Positions 54,222 through 62,882 of a stretch of 64,000 bases of DNA are shown here, piece by piece. Location: positions 1-64,000 of IMG/VR virus record IMGVR_UViG_3300019458_000024; one strand, 5' to 3'. The notes under the pieces are model-generated. The model made no database searches and was not told the DNA's origin. It worked only from the letters and a program-made list of their open reading frames with translations. This stretch comes from a virus. Every line of letters begins with the position of its first letter. Position 1 is the first letter of the stretch. A program made the position numbers and the translations under genes.

Positions 54222-54422
54222 GTGTCTAGGCCTCCGGCAGTACTTGCAGATTTAGATATTTTATTGAGGAAAATAGAACAAGACAATAAGCTTCATCCTA
54301 CATCAATATTGAGCTATGGAGATACGTTTGACGCGTATTCTGGAACTTCCTACGCGAAAAAAGGTAACTGGAAGAATTCCATATCTAAAATTGCTGCTAT
54401 TCTAAAACAAAAAGGAACGTAA
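54222..54422 (+). CDS. Hypothetical protein
   Basis: Short ORF; start uncertain. Confidence 0.3.
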   Translation: MSRPPAVLADLDILLRKIEQDNKLHPTSILSYGDTFDAYSGTSYAKKGNWKNSISKIAAILKQKGT

Positions 54423-54425
54423 TTC

Positions 54426-54665
54426 ATGAGCATTAGCAAAGATCGAAAGCTAGTATACCTTAAGGACGTTGTTTTTTCACTACGCCACCTTATAGGCGTT
54501 CAACCATACCAAAAAACAGAATACGTCCAGGGTAAGGTTGTTGTTTTGTGGGAAGGTACTTCCATTCACTTATTTAACCCACAAGATGGAAAAGCAGTCA
54601 CTATGTATAGTAAGGTGGATACTGAAGTTGTCATAGCGGAAATCAGAAAGGTGTCCACTCTATGA
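54426..54665 (+). CDS. Hypothetical protein
   Basis: ORF coupled to the next gene. Confidence 0.45.
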   Translation: MSISKDRKLVYLKDVVFSLRHLIGVQPYQKTEYVQGKVVVLWEGTSIHLFNPQDGKAVTMYSKVDTEVVIAEIRKVSTL

Positions 54666-55009
54666 AAACAATTATTGCAGGTTCTAGGGACATTATTGAC
54701 TATGACTTCGTTAAGGATGTCATAAATTCTTGCCCGTGGGAAATCACTGAAGTAGTTTCAGGAGGAGCCACTGGTGTAGATACGCTGGGGGAAAAGTGGG
54801 CAGGGGAAAAAGGGATTGCCGTGAGAAAGTTTCCTGCTGAGTGGGACAAGTGGGGCCGGAGTGCAGGACCCCTGCGAAATACACAAATGGCAGACTACGC
54901 AGACGCGTTGGTACTGGTTTGGGATGGAATTAGCCAGGGATCTGGTCATATGTTAGAGATTGCCCTAAAGCGCGGACTCACTCTGCATTGCAGGAAATAT
55001 CAAAAGTAA
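54662..55009 (+). CDS. SLOG/DUF2493-like protein
   Basis: IIAGSR, VVSGGATGVD, AGPLRNTQM, WDGISQGS. Confidence 0.75.
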   Translation: MKTIIAGSRDIIDYDFVKDVINSCPWEITEVVSGGATGVDTLGEKWAGEKGIAVRKFPAEWDKWGRSAGPLRNTQMADYADALVLVWDGISQGSGHMLEIALKRGLTLHCRKYQK

Positions 55010-55012
55010 AAG

Positions 55013-55705
55013 ATGTTGTTGCATAAACCTAAATATGATTGGTTTCGCCGACGAACTGAGGTTTCTCACGGTGGCGACGTTATCGAGGAAATGGATAATG
55101 TACTGAAGATCATGTATGACTTCCGGTACCTTGGACCTGTTATAGCTGGAGGTTGTTTATGGTCGTGGGCTGCGGGACAGAAGTCTCGTGACGTTGATAT
55201 ATTTTTTCAAGATAGTGGTGAGACGATGGATGCCCTTAGCAATTTTGACAAAGTATACAAAAATCCAGAAGAAGATTTCATGGGTATGGAGGTAACGCAT
55301 GATGAGTACGGTGACATTGTCGGAGAACAGGAACGTGCGATTCGAGTATTTAATGGCAAGATAAAGTCTTCAGACACTGCTATTCAGCTTACTGTCACGC
55401 AAGAAGAGTCTGAATATATTACGAATTTTTTCGATTATGAGCACGTGCGCGTATCATGGTCACCCCATAATTTTGTGACAGATGGCGCAAAATTTTATGC
55501 TAAGGCAATCTTACAACTCGTGGACAATGTGCACGCCAGGGTGCCCGGCAACGCACGATCAGAAGAAAAGATTATGTCAAAAATTATTGCCAAAATGTGG
55601 GGCAATCCTCATGCCCATGCCGCACTTTCACAAGTGGGTAGATTTCTCAACAACGGCTACAATCAACTTGTGTCTGTTAAAAATTATGAGGATATTCCTT
55701 TTTGA
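55013..55705 (+). CDS. Pol-beta-superfamily nucleotidyltransferase-like protein
   Basis: IAGG..RDVDIFF..IQL..FFD. Confidence 0.6.
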   Translation: MLLHKPKYDWFRRRTEVSHGGDVIEEMDNVLKIMYDFRYLGPVIAGGCLWSWAAGQKSRDVDIFFQDSGETMDALSNFDKVYKNPEEDFMGMEVTHDEYGDIVGEQERAIRVFNGKIKSSDTAIQLTVTQEESEYITNFFDYEHVRVSWSPHNFVTDGAKFYAKAILQLVDNVHARVPGNARSEEKIMSKIIAKMWGNPHAHAALSQVGRFLNNGYNQLVSVKNYEDIPF

Positions 55706-56166
55706 AAGGAGAATTTGTGGAGAAAAAAACACTACAGGACTACGGTCAAGATTTGCTAGACAACATCAAGTTTAATATTGCAGCACTTGAAGAGCTAAAA
55801 ATTAAAATAAGCGGGGAATGGCAAGAAGAAGATGCGGTGTACCGTTTTTACCACGGTAGTTTTAAGGTATATAGACTACAAGCACTTACCAAAGAAATTG
55901 TCCAATTCTTGGCTACGTTAGATCCTAAGGAATCTAAGTACTTGGCAACATACTTTAACGTTATTGTAGACCGAGGAACTAATCTTGAGTTTGACTTGAA
56001 GCACAACGGAGATTGGCTTGGATATGCCAGACCCATTTTGGAGGCGTTTTGGCACGCTAAGTATTTTTTAGAAATGTGTATAAAGTATGGGAAAGAGCTG
56101 GAGAAGGCGCCACGTACTCTTCCATCTGGCTGGTCCGCCGCGCTTTATCTGTATTGCATCAGGTGA
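55702..56166 (+). CDS. Hypothetical protein
   Basis: YRFYHGSFKVY..LEAFWHAKYFL..LPSGW. Confidence 0.5.
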   Translation: MKGEFVEKKTLQDYGQDLLDNIKFNIAALEELKIKISGEWQEEDAVYRFYHGSFKVYRLQALTKEIVQFLATLDPKESKYLATYFNVIVDRGTNLEFDLKHNGDWLGYARPILEAFWHAKYFLEMCIKYGKELEKAPRTLPSGWSAALYLYCIR

Positions 56167-56238
56167 CTTACACACTTTATGCTAGACATGTCTAGTTAGG
56201 TGGTTTATAACCATTCAACCAAACTTTTTTGGGAGGAA

Positions 56239-57021
56239 ATGAAACAAATGAAATCTATTATGACTGTTATTGTATGTCTACTAATGGCTTCGCCAGTCCT
56301 GGCAAGCTCTGTTACTTCCGTTCCTGAGGCTAAATTGGTCACAGGGAAGAAGGTTACTGCTGATGTGAAGACTAAGCCGGTTGTCAACAAGCAACTGATC
56401 AAGGATGATTGTCCACCTTGCAATAAGCCGAAGAAGAAGAAGCGGAAGCCTTCTCCTAACAAGCCGAAGCAGTGCTCTGAGTGTACTCCGACGGTTGTTC
56501 TGGTGTGTCCACAAGGCCCTGTTGGTCCCGCTGGTCCTCAAGGTGCAAAAGGAGATAGGGGAGTTACACAATACGCTTCTCTGTATCCTGGTGTTGGGTA
56601 TATGGCTGTGGGTCTATGGCCGAAGAAGGATTACGCATGGGCACAAGGTGTTAGTCTACGTTTTGAGTCCATTCTTAACGCGGATAATACTATGCTTGTT
56701 CAAATTGGCTTCGCCCCCGGTCGAGATGGCGCTGTGATGGGTCAGGTTGCTATCCGGCACTGGTTCGATAATACTTTTCTCGGATTTGATTCTGCCCTTA
56801 GTTTTGGCCTGTTTGGTCAGGTTATTGGTTTGAACGATAATAGAGAAAATGGTTACTATGCTGGTTTTACTCCTCAGCTTGTTCTGAGTCGTAATATTTT
56901 CAGCAATTTTATCTTGTCTGTTGAGGCTGGTCCCGTGTTGGGGTTGGCTAAGTATGAGACTACAGATACTGATGTGGTTGGTGGTGTCCTTGGTGGTGCC
57001 GGCCTTTCCTGGGAGTGGTAA
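56239..57021 (+). CDS. Putative outer-membrane beta-barrel protein with collagen-like segment
   Basis: GGAGG SD; signal peptide ending VLA; Lys/Cys/Pro linker; GPVGPAGPQGAKGDRG; amphipathic strands ending AGLSWEW. Confidence 0.55.
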   Translation: MKQMKSIMTVIVCLLMASPVLASSVTSVPEAKLVTGKKVTADVKTKPVVNKQLIKDDCPPCNKPKKKKRKPSPNKPKQCSECTPTVVLVCPQGPVGPAGPQGAKGDRGVTQYASLYPGVGYMAVGLWPKKDYAWAQGVSLRFESILNADNTMLVQIGFAPGRDGAVMGQVAIRHWFDNTFLGFDSALSFGLFGQVIGLNDNRENGYYAGFTPQLVLSRNIFSNFILSVEAGPVLGLAKYETTDTDVVGGVLGGAGLSWEW

Positions 57022-57023
57022 AT

Positions 57024-57398
57024 ATGGAAAACGTAAACGCGAAAATTGTGGTAATGGCTATTATTTCAACTGTTATTGCTGTGCTGGCTCTCAGCTCTTG
57101 TGCTGAGTATGGTGGGCACAGTGGTTCTACAGTGAGCGGTCCTACTGTTCCAGGAACTACCGATCCAGGCCCAACTACAGAGCCTGATCCTGTCCCGGAA
57201 CCTGAACCTGAGCCTCCCAACACTTGTGACAGAGATCAGTGTGACGAAGTGTGTTATGAGTCTAAGTGTGAGTGTGAACGCAATTGTCGTTACGGTAACG
57301 ATAATTACGAATGCCGAGAAGATAGGGACTGTCACGAAAGCTGTGAGCTAGCTTTTGGCTGGTGTGAATGCAGTTGCGAAGCTGAGTGTGGATCGTAA
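57024..57398 (+). CDS. Cys-rich lipoprotein
   Basis: LALSSC lipobox, PE-rich linker, C-terminal domain with 13 Cys. Confidence 0.6.
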   Translation: MENVNAKIVVMAIISTVIAVLALSSCAEYGGHSGSTVSGPTVPGTTDPGPTTEPDPVPEPEPEPPNTCDRDQCDEVCYESKCECERNCRYGNDNYECREDRDCHESCELAFGWCECSCEAECGS

Positions 57399-57706
57399 CT
57401 AATTAGTAAGTCCTCACCGCAACACATACAACAACCAAGGCAGCTTAAATTAGCTGCCTTTTTCTTTTTGTATCTTACTGTTCCTACAACAGATCCAACT
57501 ACACTGCCAACTATACTAGAAACTGCTACAGAAATGTCATGGCTGGTAAATGCCACCCACCACACAGGTGCCCAATGAGAGGCTCCTAATAGTGCGGTGA
57601 TAACTCCTAACCTATATAGATCTCCACGCTCTCTAGCGTTTTGCCACTCTACCGACAAAAAATCACTAACAGCTGCGATTGCGAAGAATACAAGTAGTAG
57701 GGTCAT
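57332..57706 (-). CDS. Membrane protein
   Basis: About three hydrophobic segments; GSxVG repeats. Confidence 0.45.
   Translation of the reverse strand: MTLLLVFFAIAAVSDFLSVEWQNARERGDLYRLGVITALLGASHWAPVWWVAFTSHDISVAVSSIVGSVVGSVVGTVRYKKKKAANLSCLGCCMCCGEDLLISYDPHSASQLHSHQPKASSQLS
57437..57469 (+). terminator. Rho-independent terminator
   Basis: AAGGCAGCT-taaatt-AGCTGCCTT followed by a T-rich run, at the convergence of + and - gene blocks. Confidence 0.65.
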
Positions 57707-57921
57707 TTTTCTAGTCTCCAAGTCTTATCTATAGATATTTGCGGGTTATCTACATCAATTTGGTACATGATTGTGTCTCTGTCTTTTCTGTGTTTGGATC
57801 CGCCTACACGGTCACCAATCACTTTTACTTTTTTAGCTAACTTTATAGCTTGTGCGATATTTTCAGCTTCTATATAGACATCCGCAGTAACTGTAAATTT
57901 ATACTTCCTCTGCCCTCGCAT
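57703..57921 (-). CDS. Hypothetical protein
   Basis: GAGGTG SD; YIEAENIAQAI. Confidence 0.5.
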   Translation of the reverse strand: MRGQRKYKFTVTADVYIEAENIAQAIKLAKKVKVIGDRVGGSKHRKDRDTIMYQIDVDNPQISIDKTWRLEK

Positions 57922-57924
57922 TTT

Positions 57925-58539
57925 TCACCTCTTCCCTATTGATATAGCGTACAAACTCTTGTCGTCGCCCTTCCATTGCGTTCCGTTCCACCACAGTTTC
58001 ATTAGCTTTTCTTTTGGTAAAATATGTATGCCGTGTTCTTTTTTGTTGTTGATTGTGTTTTGTGGGTCGAACACTGTTACGCGATCCCCGGATGTACTGA
58101 ATGCAAGGCACCAATGCGACCACTTGCTTACACACAAGATTACGACTCTAGCATGAATCAAGGCTCCATGGAGCCAAAGCCAAGCTTCGTCCCTGCTTTG
58201 TGATTTAAACTCGGAGGCTGTTAAAAGATCAGCTCCAAAATGCCTCACCGCTGCTAGTATCCCGTCGTACGTAGTGCCTGATACGCATTCACCCTTTGCG
58301 GCCTTCCGGAATCTGTCGCATTGTGTACACTCACACTTCCAGCGGCCCTCCTTACACTTTCTTCGTTTTAGTGCAGCGGCTACTTCTCTACAGTGCTTAC
58401 ATTTACCGGCTGGAACGGTTCCTGCCACAGGTATAACTTCAGCTTCGTTGAGATTTACGCTAAAGCACTTAAAGGCGTTGACCACAGAAGCAGAGCCGCA
58501 AGACCAGGTAAATCTTTGGAATTTCATGAAATCATTCAC
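57925..58539 (-). CDS. Peptidase C39-like cysteine protease with Cys-rich insert
   Basis: Q..WSCG, GT, HW, FDP; CKHC..C..CECTQC insertion. Confidence 0.6.
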   Translation of the reverse strand: MNDFMKFQRFTWSCGSASVVNAFKCFSVNLNEAEVIPVAGTVPAGKCKHCREVAAALKRRKCKEGRWKCECTQCDRFRKAAKGECVSGTTYDGILAAVRHFGADLLTASEFKSQSRDEAWLWLHGALIHARVVILCVSKWSHWCLAFSTSGDRVTVFDPQNTINNKKEHGIHILPKEKLMKLWWNGTQWKGDDKSLYAISIGKR

Positions 58540-58867
58540 CTCTTTTGAAATACACCACTGTCACTGGACTATATTCCGTAACATCGTGTCCTTCGGCTCT
58601 GAGATTGCTTACAAAGGCTTCTAATCCGGGTGCCCCTGTAGCCCACAAATCATCTTCACTCAGGTCTATAGCAGCGCAGAAGCGCACAGAGGTAATCTGT
58701 ACAGGGATCTCTACTATTACTCCGTATCCATTATTACTGTAAAAAGTGGCTTTTCCTCTTGACACGTTCTTTTTACCTGCAAAGGCAATCGCAGATATTA
58801 GACCATCGTCTATAAACCACTGAAGACTATAATCTATTGGCAGGCGCATATTTCTAGTATGCCCCAT
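58532..58867 (-). CDS. ASCH/PUA-like domain protein
   Basis: VQITSVRF..LSEDDLWATG..F..L..VTVVYF. Confidence 0.45.
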   Translation of the reverse strand: MGHTRNMRLPIDYSLQWFIDDGLISAIAFAGKKNVSRGKATFYSNNGYGVIVEIPVQITSVRFCAAIDLSEDDLWATGAPGLEAFVSNLRAEGHDVTEYSPVTVVYFKRGE

Positions 58868-58910
58868 TTTTAATCCCCCTTGGCTCTTGTGTTATAACAT
58901 ATTGAAACTA

Positions 58911-60572
58911 TTACACTAAAGTGGTCCAGTGTCCGTCAACAACGAAGAGCATTTGACGCTTACCATTGGGGTGGATGACATTGTGAGCATGTGCCCATGA
59001 ACTGGGACCTTTAGTGTAATCCAGCTTAAGTGTGGTAGAGGTGCCTACTTGGTGACATCCAAATCTGATTCCAGGCTTGTGGACATGAGCTATTGAGCTT
59101 TTAACACCTATCTTAGCGAATTGATTGATGTTTCCCTTGGAGCCATTGATTCCGTTGTGTCCGTGCATCCCTACTTCCACGTCACTAACCATGTAGCTCT
59201 CGTCTGGTGCTAAGAACCGGACCGGAACCTTGCTTTTTCCAGTTATCCAAACTGCTAGTGGATCTTCGTGCACTATGCCGTGTTCTTTAAAAGATACTGA
59301 TTCAATGAGGGAACTCCACAGAGATAACCACGCTTTTGCATTCCACGGTTCTTCAGTTGGTGCGTTAACTTCTTTCATCCATCGTAGTAGGTGACCGTGG
59401 TGATTACTAGATACGATTATATTTTCAGCCCAGTCTGGTGTGGTCGATTCTATGTGTTTTAGGGTTAGCTCTAGTTCTCTCTCTACCAGATGATGCCCGT
59501 GCATGTGTTTGGAGTACTGTATAACCGGATCTTTTCTATTGTGGTGAGAGATTGAGTACCCGTCAAAAACATCGTGTCTAACAATTTTCTTTGGCCGCAA
59601 TGTGTTGACAATGGAGTTTTTGTCTAGATATGTAGCTGCTCTGCATTTGCTGTCATTAATCATCGCGTGCTCGTCGCCCGTGATTAACGCTAGCGCACCG
59701 TCAGACTTACTCATTCGATCTGGGCTGTAATACTTATTCAGATCGTAGAATCCACCATTTTTCCGGTCGTTAGTTACTGACCTGATATAGAATCTGGGTC
59801 CATCCGTTTCTACAATTACTGCACCTCTACTGTGGTGGAATTCTCCGTTCACACCAGCTCTGGAATCAGAATATTCGCGTACACTGGTGCTCCCAGTTGT
59901 ATACATGACTTTAGGTAGCTTGTTTTGTGGAGTAGCTACCATTTCCATAGCGAGTTGTGGATGTCCAAAAACTGCAGAGGCACCTTTTGATAGGGACTCT
60001 AGTCCGCTTAGTGGAGATGTGGCGGTAGGTTGGACTCTAACATGCCCCATCACCCACAAGTGTTCGTGTAGTTTTACGAGTTCATCCGTTGCGTACGGCT
60101 CTATTTCCTCGGGCCACCACGCCTGGTACACTTTGCACTCTTGTGGGGAAGTAGGGTTCCTATATCTGATAGGAATGACAATTATTTCTGCGTCGTTTTC
60201 TTTGGCATACACATTGATACTATTCCAGACATCCATGTCTAGAGCTGCGTTGTTCTGCGCGGAAGTAATTATGAATCTTTTTGCATTGCGAATTCTTTTC
60301 TTGCGATCTTTTGAGAGAGAGTAAATGATGTCCTCTGGTCTCACTGTTTTTGGCTTCTTCTCTTTTTCTTCAAGTTTGCCCATGTAGTCAACGAGGGACC
60401 CTTGGAGACTTAGCCTGCTCTTATATCTCTTGTGTGCGTTAAATAACGCATCCACAGTTATCAACTCTTTTGTTTCTTTAGATAAAGCAGTGGCAAGATC
60501 GCTTGTGGTGCTAACCTTCTTGCCACACTTTTCTAAAAGCCCCTTTTCAAAGAGCTTCGTCCAATTTGGCAT
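58911..60572 (-). CDS. T5 A1-like protein (metallophosphoesterase-fold nuclease)
   Basis: ITSAQNN, FGHPQL, TTGS, FHHS.GA, GDEH, HDVFDG, SNHH, HGHNG, HVH, GPSSW; 553 aa. Confidence 0.65.
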   Translation of the reverse strand: MPNWTKLFEKGLLEKCGKKVSTTSDLATALSKETKELITVDALFNAHKRYKSRLSLQGSLVDYMGKLEEKEKKPKTVRPEDIIYSLSKDRKKRIRNAKRFIITSAQNNAALDMDVWNSINVYAKENDAEIIVIPIRYRNPTSPQECKVYQAWWPEEIEPYATDELVKLHEHLWVMGHVRVQPTATSPLSGLESLSKGASAVFGHPQLAMEMVATPQNKLPKVMYTTGSTSVREYSDSRAGVNGEFHHSRGAVIVETDGPRFYIRSVTNDRKNGGFYDLNKYYSPDRMSKSDGALALITGDEHAMINDSKCRAATYLDKNSIVNTLRPKKIVRHDVFDGYSISHHNRKDPVIQYSKHMHGHHLVERELELTLKHIESTTPDWAENIIVSSNHHGHLLRWMKEVNAPTEEPWNAKAWLSLWSSLIESVSFKEHGIVHEDPLAVWITGKSKVPVRFLAPDESYMVSDVEVGMHGHNGINGSKGNINQFAKIGVKSSIAHVHKPGIRFGCHQVGTSTTLKLDYTKGPSSWAHAHNVIHPNGKRQMLFVVDGHWTTLV

Positions 60573-60653
60573 GTAGTTATTTGCTCCTGGCTATTAGATG
60601 CCTGGATCAAATCTACCACAAGCAGCGGCGGTGTAAACTATTTAAGCCCTAAA

Positions 60654-61295
60654 TTAGGGGAAATACTTAGCTAAAACACCGCCGCCAGTCTCTTCCCAAT
60701 TCTCTGAAGGTCCCATATCTACATAGCGCCAATCAATAATACCCACAACTTCCCAATATTCGTTGAATACGGGTCCGCCGCTATTTCCAGGGACAACGTG
60801 CATACTTACCCAGAAGTCGTCTTCTTCGTCATATGCGAATACTCTTCCACATTTTGTAGTGATAACGTCAACAAGACCGCCGCCACCTGTATAACAAATG
60901 ATGTCATCGATTTTAGGTGCAACAGTGCTTACTGGCATCCAGTTGTTCAAATCACTCTCTGATTCTAGTCTGGCTGCGTCTTTCTTGCTTTGTGCAACGA
61001 GTTTAGCTTCAATTTTCGTGCCATTCCACAGCCTAATTTGAACTCTTTCCAGGGGACAATCCACCACATGATATGCAGTAATTACGCTCCGTTTACTGAT
61101 AGCCACGCCAGTTCCCATGCTGCGTGAGCCGTCTTTGCAAGTAGTGAATATTCTTACCACCGACTTATACCTATTTTCAGTTGCGTAGCTTTTGTATTGT
61201 CCGCTGTCTGCACTGGGAAGCGTGTGCCTTTGTGGACCTTGAACGTTGCATGACGTGAAAAGTCCAAGAAGTAATAGAATTATTGAATATTTCAT
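60654..61295 (-). CDS. Trypsin-like serine protease lipoprotein
   Basis: LFTSC lipobox; TAYHVV, DAARL, GNSGGP triad motifs; GGAGG SD. Confidence 0.8.
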   Translation of the reverse strand: MKYSIILLLLGLFTSCNVQGPQRHTLPSADSGQYKSYATENRYKSVVRIFTTCKDGSRSMGTGVAISKRSVITAYHVVDCPLERVQIRLWNGTKIEAKLVAQSKKDAARLESESDLNNWMPVSTVAPKIDDIICYTGGGGLVDVITTKCGRVFAYDEEDDFWVSMHVVPGNSGGPVFNEYWEVVGIIDWRYVDMGPSENWEETGGGVLAKYFP

Positions 61296-61401
61296 AAATG
61301 GTGAAACCTCCTACACTTACTTACAGGATACCTTCATACGGCGAAAATGTGGCAAAAAATCCACATTATTGCAACTTGAGAATATTGCTTTGTAAAGTAT
61401 A

Positions 61402-61414
61402 TGTAGAATGACCT
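61402..61414 (+). promoter_or_regulatory. TGTAGAATGACCT motif, copy 4
   Basis: Exact 13-mer in the divergent intergenic region, 10 nt before ATG 61425. Confidence 0.6.
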
Positions 61415-61424
61415 ACTATTTAGT

Positions 61425-61523
61425 ATGACTAAAAAACTGCTCGCGCGGTTGAAAAATGCGATTAGGAAATTCATACGCAGAGAAATGAAGTGGGCGGCGT
61501 TTTCGAAGTGTAGAATGACCTAA
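61425..61523 (+). CDS. Small basic amphipathic peptide (32 aa)
   Basis: MTKKLLARLKNAIRKFIRREMKWAAFSKCRMT, between two motif copies. Confidence 0.3.
   Translation: MTKKLLARLKNAIRKFIRREMKWAAFSKCRMT
61509..61521 (+). promoter_or_regulatory. TGTAGAATGACCT motif, copy 5
   Basis: Exact 13-mer, 7 nt before ATG 61529. Confidence 0.6.
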
Positions 61524-61528
61524 TAAAT

Positions 61529-61846
61529 ATGAAGAAAGAAGGCACTCTCCTATTTCTGGCCTCCACGACTCTTATTCTTAATGTAATTGACGCTCTTTGC
61601 ACCATGCTGTGGGTGTCGATTTTGGGAGTGGGTAGGGAAGCTAATCCTGTTATGGCATTTTTCCTTAATAGAAGTCCTACGCTATTTTTGGTAGTCAAGC
61701 TTTTGTTGGTGGAGGTCAGTGTTTACGTGTTATGGAGATCTCGATCACACGCGCTGGCGAGGTATGGGTTGTTGTTAGTGTTCCTTGTCTATTCTTTCAT
61801 CGTATTTTTTATACATTCTCCTATGTTAGTTAGGGTGTTGGGATAG
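61529..61846 (+). CDS. DUF5658-like membrane protein
   Basis: LNVIDALCT..REANPVM..VVK; three TM segments. Confidence 0.65.
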   Translation: MKKEGTLLFLASTTLILNVIDALCTMLWVSILGVGREANPVMAFFLNRSPTLFLVVKLLLVEVSVYVLWRSRSHALARYGLLLVFLVYSFIVFFIHSPMLVRVLG

Positions 61847-61847
61847 T

Positions 61848-62882
61848 ATGAACATTGCCTACGGCATACATGGCTACGGTTATGGGCACGCTACACGCTC
61901 TATGGCCGTAATAGAAGGTCTGCAAATTTTGGGACACTCTGTTACTGTGTTTGCCGGGGGTAGGGCAATAAAACTTCTGGACGGACTGGTGGAGGTAAAG
62001 GAAGTGCCGTGCTTCGCTTTCCACCAGAGCACTCCTGGGAAAACGGATCCTTTTCTTACCGGCCTTAGAAATGCCCCATATGCCAAGGATCTTATATTTC
62101 GTAAGCGTCGTTACAAAAAAGTTAAACAAGCGCTCAAAGATTGCAAACCTGATATTTTGATAACAGATTCTGAGGCTTGGACTGCGTGGGCAGCCAAGGA
62201 TTTAATGATCCCCACCATTAGCTTTGATCATTATGGAATCATTGCGTGGTGTGACGTAAAAATGGGTTTGATGGACAGGCTGCGTGCCCAAATAGACAAA
62301 GAACTTTATCGTCTAATGATCCCGAATCCTGACAGGGCTCTGATATCTTCCTTCTATTACGCGGAACCCATATCTAGTAACGTAAGTGTAATACCGTCAA
62401 TTCTACGAAAGGAAGTAGAGCAAAGGAAGGCCACTAAAGGTAACCACATCCTGGCTTATTTTTCTATGGGGATGAGTCAACGTGACTTTGACAGTCTCCA
62501 ATATTTTGACGACGTTAGGTTGTATGGCACTGCCCGATCTGGTGTTGAAGGTAACATAATCTACAAAACACCTAGCAATGACGCATTCCTTGATGACTTG
62601 TCATCATGCAAAGCTGTTATTAGTGGTGCCGGCAATCAGCTTATAGGCGAAGCCGTATTCTATCAGAAGCCTGTGTTGGTCATACCTGAGAACAGCGTAG
62701 AGCAGAGACTAAATGCGCACTACGTAGAGTCTATGAGCATAGGAATGACTACTAGTAAGTTGAATGAGTCTGTGTTCAAAAAGTTTTCCAGTAAAATGGA
62801 GTCGTTTAACAGCAGCAAATTATCTAACGGAAGACTGCAAGCACTGGAAATCATTGAAAAATGGTTGGGCGAGTTGTCATGA
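61848..62882 (+). CDS. GT-B glycosyltransferase (MurG/MJ1255-like)
   Basis: GYGYGHATRS, PDILITDSE, ISFDH, SGAG..LIGEA..KPVLVIP..EQRLNA. Confidence 0.8.
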   Translation: MNIAYGIHGYGYGHATRSMAVIEGLQILGHSVTVFAGGRAIKLLDGLVEVKEVPCFAFHQSTPGKTDPFLTGLRNAPYAKDLIFRKRRYKKVKQALKDCKPDILITDSEAWTAWAAKDLMIPTISFDHYGIIAWCDVKMGLMDRLRAQIDKELYRLMIPNPDRALISSFYYAEPISSNVSVIPSILRKEVEQRKATKGNHILAYFSMGMSQRDFDSLQYFDDVRLYGTARSGVEGNIIYKTPSNDAFLDDLSSCKAVISGAGNQLIGEAVFYQKPVLVIPENSVEQRLNAHYVESMSIGMTTSKLNESVFKKFSSKMESFNSSKLSNGRLQALEIIEKWLGELS

